From Phoronis australis (taxonomy: Eukaryota; Animalia; Phoronida), in the NCBI GenBank assembly GCA_002633005.1, contig NMRA01000451.1, forward strand, positions 104,892 through 168,891: DNA of 64,000 bases, read 5' to 3'. A program made the translations under genes and the position numbers. Below the pieces are notes generated by a model. The model was not told the origin of the DNA. It made no database searches and saw only the letters and a program-made list of their open reading frames with translations. This document shows, piece by piece, positions 38,073 to 49,649 of the stretch. How positions within the stretch are numbered: position 1 is the stretch's first letter; each line of letters starts with the position of its first letter.

Positions 38073-40003
38073 TATGGTACCAGGAACCACAGGTGATTTG
38101 TCATATTTGCACCTGTGCTTCTATGATCAATTATTCTAAAGAAATGTATTTGCAAGTTTTTTTCATGATATATTTGCATAATTAATGGTTATTAAGGTCA
38201 TCATTTTTTCAAAATTGTATGTTTGCTTTTAACCTCCTTACCAAGTACTGCAGACAGTTTTTTAATGTTTTCGCCTACACCTCCATCGTCAGGGAATTTA
38301 ATGAAGCTTGTTTGCCGCTGAATTTCTATAATATGTGCCGCCATTATTCAAAGTATAATTTGACCTATAGCTGAAGTACCAGGCACCATAGACAAACTAT
38401 ACTTTCACATCTGCACCCATGTTTCTGTTGTAAATGAACTTCATGAAATCAGTTTGCAAACTGTTGCATGATAAATTTGCATATCTTTTACAAATAAATG
38501 GCACCATTATTATACTGTTACTGCTCATAACTTCCTTACGGGTATTCATGCAGATTATTTTCGTGTCATATCTCAGATTTTCATGGTCATCATGAATTTG
38601 CATACTTCGGTCTCGGTCAACACGCGTAATAATATCTCGTAGTCTAGTTGCCAGTCCAATAGCTCCCATAGTGAACCCTGCAATGTTGATTACTGTAAAT
38701 TTTTTTGTTGAAATATATTAAATGATCAGGAGAGCAACATTAGCTTGGTTGCACTTAGTGCAACTTTGAGCATTTTTTGCAATTCAAGATGGCGGATTCT
38801 ACCATTTTGAATTTCGACCAACTTTGTTTTTTTTTCAGCTTGATGACTAACAGGGTCATGTAATACATTGTTTATACCATTTTCTGTGATGGGAGTCCAT
38901 TTCTGGTGTTATTTTACTAATACAGGGTCATCTTCAAGGTCAAGCCAGAGGTCAAAGGTCAAAACTGCCTAGCAGCCTTCTGGCATTTAGTTTTTAACTC
39001 ATTATTTTTCATTTCCTTCGTTAAGCTCTTCAAGATATNATGGTACCAGGAACCACAGGTGATTTGTCATATTTGCACCTGTGCTTCTATGATCAATTAT
39101 TCTAAAGAAATGTATTTGCAAGTTTTTTTCATGATATATTTGCATAATTAATGGTTATTAAGGTCATCATTTTTTCAAAATTGTATGTTTGCTTTTAACC
39201 TCCTTACCAAGTACTGCAGACAGTTTTTTAATGTTTTCGCCTACACCTCCATCGTCAGGGAATTTAATGAAGCTTGTTTGCCGCTGAATTTCTATAATAT
39301 GTGCCGCCATTATTCAAAGTATAATTTGACCTATAGCTGAAGTACCAGGCACCATAGACAAACTATACTTTCACATCTGCACCCATGTTTCTGTTGTAAA
39401 TGAACTTCATGAAATCAGTTTGCAAACTGTTGCATGATAAATTTGCATATCTTTTACAAATAAATGGCACCATTATTATACTGTTACTGCTCATAACTTC
39501 CTTACGGGTATTCATGCAGATTATTTTCGTGTCATATCTCAGATTTTCATGGTCATCATGAATTTGCATACTTCGGTCTCGGTCAACACGCGTAATAATA
39601 ACTCGTAGTCTAGTTGCCAGTCCAATAGCTCCCATAGTGAACCCTGCAATGTTGATTACTGTAAATTTTTTGTTGAAATATATTAAATGATCAGGAGAAC
39701 AACATTAGCTTGGTTGCACTTAGTGCAACTTTGAGCATTTTTTGCAATTCAAGATGGCGGATTCTACCATTTTGAATTTCGACCAACTTTGTTTTTTTTT
39801 TCAGCTTGATGACTAACAGGGTCATGTAATACATTGTTTATACCATTTTCTGTGATGGGAGTCCATTTCTGGTGTTATTTTACTAATACGGGGTCATCTT
39901 CAAGGTCAAGCCAGAGGTCAAAGGTCAAAACTGCCTAGCAGCCTTCTGGCATTTAGTTTTTAACTCATTATTTTCATTTCCTTCGTTAACCTCTTCAAGA
40001 TAT
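38073..40003. other. Probable assembly overlap duplication around n at 39039
   Basis: 38073-39038 is repeated almost identically at 39040-40003, which explains the twin 90-aa ORFs. Confidence 0.82.
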
Positions 40004-43000
40004 GTTTTCAAAATGCTCACTATTACATACATGTACTATATTGGGCCAACTAGTTTGATCACAAATTTCATGAGGGTTGTATGGCATGGAAATGCACATA
40101 CTGTACAATCAGCAGTTCAATGCTCTAGTATGGTTACTGCCCATTACTCCAAAAATACTCCGAAAAACCTCTACTCTGAAGAAACCTTTGTCTCCTCCAA
40201 ATATGAACGCATTTGTTTCATTTTATAAAAATAATACATGCATGCACCCAGTCTAAAATATGGGGGGCTCGAATTTTTGGCAATATGGACCTTTTACAAA
40301 CTAAAAACATGGGACTAAAAACGGGATATCACGTTCAGGGACATGAATTGTGCATTCTTGCCTTTTCAGTGGACTTTTTTCTCGTTTTCTCGGACTTTTT
40401 GTAGTTTTGAGGCGGACGTTTTTGCCCACTTCGCCAAATGGGGGGCTCGTTCGAGCTCCCCGAGCTACCCCCTTTGGGTGCGCGCTTGTAATATGATAAA
40501 TTATCTCTCGATCAAGTGAACTTCAAAGAAGATAGTATACAAGAGTTGCTAACTACAAAAACAGTAATATTGGCAGAGATGAGTCATTGGACTTCATTGT
40601 CCAAATTTATTTTTGTGTTGTTATTTTGTTAGTTAGTAACAAGATAAAAAAACATTCGTGTAATTCTGAGAAAATGTAGGAAAATCGAGTAAAAAAGTCG
40701 TAGTAACGGTGTTTTTTCAGAGTTGAGGACCTTCGGAGTAGCAGTTTTTTCGGAATGGCGGCATTGGCCATTGGAGTATTAACCTGTTACACACCAGTGT
40801 AGTCAACGGAAAGGCTAGATGCGATACTCTGTTGGTTTACAATCTCTTTACAGCCATGTTGTAACTCCATGTCTACTAAAACGGGGCCAAGTCTTATGAA
40901 GAGCTGTTGGTTTACCTAAAGATGGTCCTTCAACAACCATGCCTCAAGGAGACCTGTTTCTTCGTAGGAGGTCACCATAATTATGTACGGCACCTGCGCT
41001 TGTGTAGCAGTCTTCAAAATAAACTAAACGACGTGGAAATTATTTTGGCCTAGAAAACAATAGCGCCTCCATTGCCTTAATTTTCACAATTCGCACGTAA
41101 CTCCATTCATAAATAAACAATAAGTGACTAAGCGCAATAATGTCAACCTAAACTATGATAAAACTTTGACAAAAGTGCGATAAGCATTCGATTAAGGTGC
41201 CAAACATTTCTGACGAGAACTTCATACCAAGTTTAGCAGCTTGACAAAGTTCTTTCGAAGATTATTTTGAAGTTTGCTGTGTGTGGAACGCCTGTCCAAT
41301 AATGTCAAAAAGTTCCACTCGAAGCTGCACACGTGGATGACAAGACGGCAGTACCTGTTGACCTATTCTAAGAACAGGCATACTGCATATCAAAGGAGTA
41401 AAAGGTTCTGGAGTTATAAGGAGCCTTTTAATGAGAGCCGAGCAATAAAGTGGAGAACATAAATCATGTGGAATGAAGGTGGTGAGGAGCAAACGTCACG
41501 TAGTGGAGGACAGGAAATGACTAAGAACAAGAAGGGAGTAGTGGACCTGAACGAGGATGACTAGAGAAAGATTGCACAGGAGATAGAGAAGCACAGATAC
41601 CCGCTCACTGACCAGCTGTCATACCTCCATAAGTTCTGCAATCATCGAGTAGATTCCAGAACGAGCTGGCCATTGGGCATGAGCAGAGCAGTCAAGATTT
41701 ATATTTTTGGTAAGCAGTGAATGTTACAAAGCAATTAAGAAAAATTCAAAATGCTGGAGATGCTGAAGAAACTTGTACTTTCAAGGAAGAACATGGCGTT
41801 GAAACTTTGTTCAGTTGCCAGTTAGTCGTAAGACAGCAGTGTAACACAAAGCTGATATCTTTCAGTATGAACTTATTGAGTCCACTCCCTATAGCCCAGA
41901 TCGGCAAATCCGGCAGTCTGAGGAAGGGTGACAATGCCATTTTGGTCAAATCTCTTCGATTGCATTATGTCACAAGAAATTCTGCTCCGAAGGTGGTGTG
42001 ATTTAGGTAAACCCCGGTACTCTACTAGCCTCCTATCCTCAAGAAGATCCCTACGCAAAGGCCATGAGACGATAACAGGAGGACAAGTTGAGGAATTTCT
42101 GCTAACCCCTGTTCCTAAACATCCCTTTTGCCGCTAAACTATTCTATATAACGCTATATTAAACAACCTTCTATGTGTATGAAGATATTCCCTTCTATTC
42201 AAAATCGAGTGGGTTAAGAAGAGCCACTGTGTAAGTACACATCGTGAAGCAGACGTTGTATAGGTAAATGTTGAAAGTGATGGAAGAAGGCACCCACACC
42301 ATCAGAATCACTTGTGACAACACTGACGTCTCCAAGCTTTTTATTTTGTGGGACGTCTAATATGCCAGTAGACGCCAAGACTCGAATGGACAAGTCGAAT
42401 GGCAGTTTTTCGGACAAGTACCGCCAACTTGAGAGGTCACAAGACGTAAGGGTATTGGACAGAGAACAGTTCTTGGTTTAAACGAGCTGTCAGAGACGCT
42501 AATAACCCCTCTCTGAGTTGACACGGAGGAGTCAAATTGAACTTATCGCAGTCACTGACTCGTGGTCGATTACCTTGAAGCTGTTCCCCATGAACACCGA
42601 CACATGGGGTGGTGAAATTTTCTGGAGAACCAGTTAGTCATCAATACTCAGTAGAAGAAGACAGGTGGCTCCGAAAAGTCGGGAACTTTATTTTATTTTG
42701 TAGTAAGTTCCACAAGTCATAGTTTATGAGTTTTCCTTGGATTAATAACAGTGCCGATCCTAGTTTACACGCGCAGAGTAACTAGTTACTGAGATGTTGG
42801 GATGATATCTTATTCCAGTATTTAGCTATCCATTATTCTTTATATAAGGGAATCACAGAAATGATAATTCTGCATTGCCCATGAATTTAACGTTTCGTTG
42901 CGCAAAAGAGATGATTTTCCTTGTTTCAGTTCTACTTGTCGTTTAACCTCTCATTGACCTGGACTTTGACCTTGCATCCATAAAATATTATAAGAATGGA

Positions 43001-43857
43001 CTCTCCGTCCCAAAAACATTGTAAACCATAAATTGCAGGATAATACACGGTATCATGTTCAAAGTGTGAAAATTAGGCGAAATTCAAGATGGCGGCTTCC
43101 GCCATCTTGAATTATAAAAAATGCTCAAAGTTGCACAAAGTACAACCAAGTTAATTTTGTTCTCCTAGCAACGTATAATAAATTTCCAAAAGAAAACTTT
43201 ACAGTATACAACATTGCAGGGTCAACATTTTGGCAACTAGACTCTCGTGGGATAGTACTCCATGTACGCCACTCTCAGTACGTTTTGTGTATGGAAACGG
43301 GCGTAAGTATTGAATTATAAAAATGCTCAAAGTTGCACAAAGTACAACCAAGTTAATTTTGTTCTCCTAGCAACGTATAATAAATTTCCAAAAGAAAACT
43401 TACAGTATACAACATTACAGGGTCAACATTTTGGTAACTAGACTATCGTGGGATAGTACTCCATGTACGCCACTCTCAGTACGTTTTGTGTATGGAAACG
43501 GGCGTAAGTACACATGTCTTTAACCAAAATGTACTTGAACGTTTAAAGCCTGGAATCCAGTCTGATTTTACACATTTTAACTAAATACTNCCATAAAATA
43601 TTATAAGAATGGACTCTCCGTCCCAAAAACATTGTAAACCATAAATTGCAGGATAATACACGGTATCATGTTCAAAGTGTGAAAATTAGGCGAAATTCAA
43701 GATGGCGGCTTCCGCCATCTTGAATTATAAAAAATGCTCAAAGTTGCACAAAGTACAACCAAGTTAATTTTGTTCTCCTAGCAACGTATAATAAATTTCC
43801 AAAAGAAAACTTTACAGTATACAACATTACAGGGTCACCATTTTGGCAACTAGACTA
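38640..43857 (+). mobile_element. Degenerate Academ DNA transposon; both ends duplicated, probably by assembly
   Basis: Termini TAGTCTAGTTGCCA (38640, again 39606) and TGGCAACTAGACTA (ends 43857; copies near 43244 and 43445), about 300-bp imperfect TIRs and a 3-bp TSD TCG. Internal remnants QRSKRFWS and ETLFSCQLVVRQQ...LSPLP...SGSLRKGDNAILVKSL (41390-41960). Confidence 0.78.
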
Positions 43858-44001
43858 TCGTGGGATAGTACTCCATGTACGCCACTCTCAGTACGTTTTG
43901 TGTATGGAAACGGGCGTAAGTACACATGTCTTTAATCAAAATGTACTTGAACGTTTAAAGCCTGGAATCCAGTCTGATTTTACACATTTTAACTAAATAC
44001 T
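42977..44001. other. Probable assembly overlap duplication around n at 43590
   Basis: 42977-43589 is repeated at 43591-44001; the first copy also has an internal repeat of about 200 bp. Confidence 0.78.
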
Positions 44002-44699
44002 CGAAGCGTTTTATTAAAAAACATACAACTTTGTTGACATCAAACCTTGTTTGGGGGATTTCAATCAGGCCTCGTTCTAGCACCAGCAAATGTTTCATTG
44101 GCGTTCAAGTTAAGTGATAAAAGGAGGATTCAAGTTGTAAAAACTCGTTCAATGCGTCATAGATAGGACGTGATTTTTCTTGGTGGGTGGCCTTTCCCTG
44201 CAGTTGTCGTGTACCTTGCTTAAGGCGTGGTTAACCCTTGCCAATTTAGGAGTCGTCGGACGGAGTCTTCTAATGGTGCTTCAAGCTTTGAGGGTTTTCG
44301 AGGGCTACACAGCATTATTTTTTCAGAGAACTAAGTAGGAAGGTCGTTTTAATGTATGTTAAGAGGTAAAACCGGGTTTGGTGACAGTTTTTGTGTACGT
44401 AATCCACATACGCGTTGATAGCAGTGGGCGGTAACCTGTAGAACATTTCGAGAGCACTTTCACATGGCAGTTTCTTGAATATCACAATACATTATCGTTA
44501 TTTTAAACTGAATTAAACGATTTAAAGGTGCGCTGTTTCTTTAAAAAAGTACGATGTTGATGGAGAATAAACTGTCGCATGCGTTGAGCAGTAGCTATAG
44601 AGCGCTCTAAACAATGTCATAATGATTCTGCATGTATGTCCAACGACGGTACCAGTGAACCTTTGGCTGACGGACAAAAAGTATCGAATATCTGCTTAC

Positions 44700-44714
44700 C
44701 TTGGAGAGTCGCAC
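44700..44714 (-). CDS. 15-nt phase-1 microexon, (G)ATLQ
   Basis: ctgtttcttgtag|GTGCGACTCTCCAAG|gtaagc. Confidence 0.68.
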
Positions 44715-45986
44715 CTACAAGAAACAGAGGTAACCATCTAATTGCAGGAAGACAATAAAGTGTTCACAGTAGCAAATTAAAAAACTGCACTCTACGACGT
44801 GGATAGAGCAATTGCATACACAAACCTACACAAGTGTGATACAGACCAAATGCCTTATTTTCGGCTAACGCCATAGTCAGTAAGAAAGCATTGGCGTCAA
44901 TAAATGTATGTTGAACAACCTAATAATACATCAGTGTTTTTCATAAATCAGCCCGTTGGTATCAAGAGTTACAATTCTTCACAAAGGACGTGACCTATAG
45001 GACAAGTCTGGGCAGCATGCGTGACTGAATACTCGTACAAGGAAGACACGCATTTCCAAATGTAGGTGGGTATTTTCAAATTTAGGCAGTGGGCTGAAGC
45101 TCATAGCAATATATTGTGAGTACTTAGTGGGGCAGCCTGAATTTTTGTATAACAAGGTAATACACCTATAATTCAACTTCAAACCAGGTATGTGTTTTTT
45201 AATCTTTGCGTTGAAGTCCAACTGTGATGACCAGTTGTTTTTCACTTGTTCAGTCCCCAGGCTTCCCAGGCCTTAGACATTACCCTCATGTCATGTCCCT
45301 AGTAGAGATGGTGGCCATGTCCCAGGCCCTCCATATGCCGGAAGCTTACGAAGATTGCTGCAATTGTAACTACATTGAAGTGCCCAAATTGCCGGCGTCC
45401 TTGTCATAATCTGAGGACAGGGGATGCCCCTGCCCACTTTGTGAAACGTAGATTGCCATAATTGTAAACCCAGCGTCTACAGTATGAGCATATGATTTCA
45501 ATCACTGCATAGGTACATTAGCTGACTTGTTTTCACCTGCATCATTGATTGTCAAACGTTCAAAATTTGTAGGCGAAAGAACAGAATGCATGTAAATTTG
45601 TTCGGGTGGTGGTAATTCAATTCCAGATAAGCCTGTCTGAAAAAATGCATACCAAAACACCGGTCGTTAAAGGCTGAATTAGTGTTAACGGTTCGGATTT
45701 TTTCAGATGGAGTTGCATCGCGAGCAGCAGCTTAGTCTGAGAACCTGAATGTGCAAATGAAATAGTCCTTTTGCGAGTTCATAACAATAACGCGAGATTA
45801 CGTGAGACTTAACTGTGCCGTCACGGGAAGTGGGGCAAAAGCTTGTCGATGGGCCCATTTGCCCAAAACGTTAGCAGAGTGTATTCTGTTATTTTCTTCC
45901 ACTTTTTGGCCGCTTAGTTCGAAAAATGCCAAACAAGCATGGCTGTTATGACAAATGAAATTCAGATTCGCACTGCAATACGTTGT

Positions 45987-46780
45987 NNNNNNNNNNNNNN
46001 NNNNNNNNNNNNNNNNNNNNNNNNNNNNNNNNNNNNNNNNNNNNNNNNNNNNNNNNNNNNNNNNNNNNNNNNNNNNNNNNNNNNNNNNNNNNNNNNNNNN
46101 NNNNNNNNNNNNNNNNNNNNNNNNNNNNNNNNNNNNNNNNNNNNNNNNNNNNNNNNNNNNNNNNNNNNNNNNNNNNNNNNNNNNNNNNNNNNNNNNNNNN
46201 NNNNNNNNNNNNNNNNNNNNNNNNNNNNNNNNNNNNNNNNNNNNNNNNNNNNNNNNNNNNNNNNNNNNNNNNNNNNNNNNNNNNNNNNNNNNNNNNNNNN
46301 NNNNNNNNNNNNNNNNNNNNNNNNNNNNNNNNNNNNNNNNNNNNNNNNNNNNNNNNNNNNNNNNNNNNNNNNNNNNNNNNNNNNNNNNNNNNNNNNNNNN
46401 NNNNNNNNNNNNNNNNNNNNNNNNNNNNNNNNNNNNNNNNNNNNNNNNNNNNNNNNNNNNNNNNNNNNNNNNNNNNNNNNNNNNNNNNNNNNNNNNNNNN
46501 NNNNNNNNNNNNNNNNNNNNNNNNNNNNNNNNNNNNNNNNNNNNNNNNNNNNNNNNNNNNNNNNNNNNNNNNNNNNNNNNNNNNNNNNNNNNNNNNNNNN
46601 NNNNNNNNNNNNNNNNNNNNNNNNNNNNNNNNNNNNNNNNNNNNNNNNNNNNNNNNNNNNNNNNNNNNNNNNNNNNNNNNNNNNNNNNNNNNNNNNNNNN
46701 NNNNNNNNNNNNNNNNNNNNNNNNNNNNNNNNNNNNNNNNNNNNNNNNNNNNNNNNNNNNNNNNNNNNNNNNNNNNNNNN
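45987..46780. other. Assembly gap (794 N)
   Basis: Run of N; the poly-X ORFs here are artefacts. Confidence 0.99.
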
Positions 46781-47828
46781 AACAAGAGCAATATGGCGGG
46801 TTTTGCCCCCTTTCCGGTGACGTCACATTGACTAACGAGAAACTCGCAAGTGAGCTATTCAAGGATAACGACCTTGTGGTTTTAAGTCAAGTACCACATA
46901 TCATGCTACGAAAATAGAAAGACAAATGGATCGTGAAGAGTGAAGAATCCTTAGTTGTCCGTTGCCTTAATTTCAAAAGTAAAGCAAGAATTTGAAGCAA
47001 TGCTTCAGAAATGTGGTGTGCATGGTGTTATTTGGACAGGCAATCTTAAGAAACGGCTGTTGAAGCTACCCACAGTTGCATTTTCTGCCTAACATGTTAA
47101 CGTGGATGGACTTACGTTTGGACTACCGAGCCAACTTTAAGTTCACCCACACACACCATGACCTAGAAGAACTTGCACTAGTGCGACATATCCCAATTTT
47201 AAATGGAGCAGAAGTTGTCGCTTTGTGCGTGAAAACGAACAGCTAATGCGATTGACCTATCGCACGCTCCATCCTTTGTTTTACCCGCCTCCGGTTCAAT
47301 AACGCTAGGACCTCGCTAAAAGGCAAGACTTCGCGAGATTACGTGAGGTAATGCCGTTCATTTAAATGAGAACACGTGACGCGTAGGTCCTAGCGTCTAC
47401 TGAACGCACGACCGGTTACGTGTTGTTTGTCGGGTAAAATGGCGGCTTGGAAACGAAGGTGTGTCAAAAATGCTGCAATCTAATTGGTCAGTTAAGTCAT
47501 CACTCAAAATCGTGGCATTAGGACAATTTCGGGGTGCAAAATAAGACCAGCGTTTATGTAACAGCAGCTAATAGTACTTTTGCTTAACCTAAGGTTTGCG
47601 TCCTCGCACAAGAAGTGGTACAAGTTACCCTGGAACAAGTTATCGTACCTCAATGGAGCAGGTTACACTTGTTTAACTAACGTCCAAACAGCCTCCAAAC
47701 CTAGCAAGTACTCGTTCCAAGAGTGTCTTGTTCTGAAGTAAGTCTGTGTGTAGGGCACTTTGGAATTTTCTGGGTTAAGTTAATAAAAGAGTTTTGAAAT
47801 ATCCAAGCTTCAATTAAGGTGTACTTAC

Positions 47829-47840
47829 CTGTGTATTTTG
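47829..47840 (-). CDS. 12-nt phase-1 microexon, (x)KYT
   Basis: ccttttcttctttttcag|CAAAATACACAG|gtaagt; very strong pyrimidine tract and consensus donor. Confidence 0.65.
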
Positions 47841-48586
47841 CTGAAAAAGAAGAAAAGGCAAATTATTGTGGATTACTACCACATATTGTGATAGCCTTGA
47901 TTTCATGAACATCATAATATTGTTCATATTTTACATACTGGTCGTAAACTTGCCGCATAGGTGCATGCATACACACTGAAAACCTCAAATTTTGGAATTT
48001 TGATCTTTCCGCTAAAGTCGACAGCTTTACTGAAACTTTTGTAATCTTGACGTCCTATCTACAAAATTACAGCTTTGGTGGTTTCATTGCTCAAGATAAT
48101 ATGTACTTTGATAGGTTTGATTTGTGTTCAGTTTATGCGCAGTATAGTCTCTGCAGTGCGATTGTAATAACGTATGCGGCACAGCATTTGCTATTCAATA
48201 CATGTGTGACAGGTACATGTATTACAGTAAATATGACACTTTCAAAGCACAGACTTCAATCCTGCTGGGGTTGGTTAACTGAATAATGGTTCTCTAGCTT
48301 TATGCAGACCTTAAGTAAAGCAGATTAACATTTTTAAATTGTTAACCAGCTACCGTAACACGTAACCGAAAATTGATTCCATGACTTAGTCAGAAATTTG
48401 GCTGCAACCTCCGTATTCGCAGGGTTCTTCTAATCTGAACAAGTAAATCATGCTATAATTTTGTTGGCGATAGCGTAAACTACCGAAACTGGTGAGGAAG
48501 ATCAAGTTATCTTCGAGGCCTTGTTAATACCGGATTAAGTTGCTGGGAACAAGTCGAAGAGTGGCATTTCACGAAACAAACATCTA

Positions 48587-48911
48587 GGCCAGGGACTTTA
48601 TTTTGTACTCGAAATCGAACTCGAAATTATTTTCATTATGTTTGGTTCTACTTCTGTGCAAAAAAGTAGCAATTGTGCTGCCCTCCATTATACTACGAAT
48701 TATGCTAAATAGTGTCAAGTCCAACTTGTAGCGGTCATGCTGCGCTCCCCAAGTGCAGACTAATCTTGGACTGCCATCCACATAAGCCATAGTGTACTCG
48801 AGCACACACTAACGGTCACACTTATCTCGAATTCGCAGAAATGTAGAACAGATTAAAAAATCAAAAAATAAGTCCGAGTTCGAGTTTGAGTACAAAGATT
48901 AGACCCCGGGC
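48587..48911. mobile_element. MITE with about 45-bp imperfect TIRs
   Basis: Left ggccagggactttattttgtactcgaaatcgaactcgaaattatttt; right aaaataagtccgagttcgagtttgagtacaaagattagaccccgggc. Confidence 0.7.
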
Positions 48912-49649
48912 TCTGAATTAGTATCCTCCCTTACTTCTAAGATTAACACCATTGCAAGATTGTCCCTCTTGTCTTTTTAAAGCTGCACGTTACGTGTTCA
49001 AGTAGCACTTGGTGCTGTCAATTGGGGTATTGATGCCATACTTGTGAATATAAAACGTATTGATGGTAGTTGTAAAATTTTCTATGAGTCGAAATCGAAA
49101 GTAATGGTTTCCGTGGCTTCCAAAAATATTATCCGGATTATCCGCCGCAACAAACAAGTCGCTGCCAAGTATTCGGCCAGTCTTTAATTTTTTCGTTTCG
49201 ATTGAATGAGGTTAGGCGTAATCGACAAAGGCCACTTAAAAAGCGTCCGTATTAATTTTTCTATAGTTTACCAGTTCCGGGATGAAACTGAAAACAAAAA
49301 AGTTGAGCATTAAATTCGCTCTCGTCGATGTTTGTATTATCTTCTCTAAGTCGCATGATTGGAGTGCAAATCTGAGTTTGCTCATGTAATAGAATTGCTT
49401 TATTTTCGAGTTGAGTATAGAATATAGAGATTAGGCTAAGGGCTCTAACGTAAGCCTGAATTTTCGTAAATTATTACTCCCTTTATGTCGCGTTCAGCTC
49501 GGAATGATTCTGACTCAGCTAAAAATTTTGCTTAATGGTAAATCAAAGTTGTTTTAAGCGTAAGAGTGTGACAAATTTACTTAAAATACAATCTTAAGTA
49601 TTTTGATTGCTCCTGGTAAAATGAATCACACTGTAGTATTTAAACCCTT

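Noticed and set aside
38397-39635. Duplicated 90-aa ORF (MGAIGLATRLR...)
   Set aside because: Crosses the Academ TIR and flank junction and is duplicated by an n-joined overlap; no protein features.
45300-45560. THAP-like remnant (CRRWVYNYGNLRF) on the minus strand
   Set aside because: Too short and degenerate to call.
45798-46917. Five long ORFs of 280-350 aa
   Set aside because: Made almost entirely of X from the N gap.
45791-47348. 16-bp direct repeat cgcgagattacgtgag on both sides of the gap
   Set aside because: Cannot be interpreted across the gap; likely a transposon subterminal motif.
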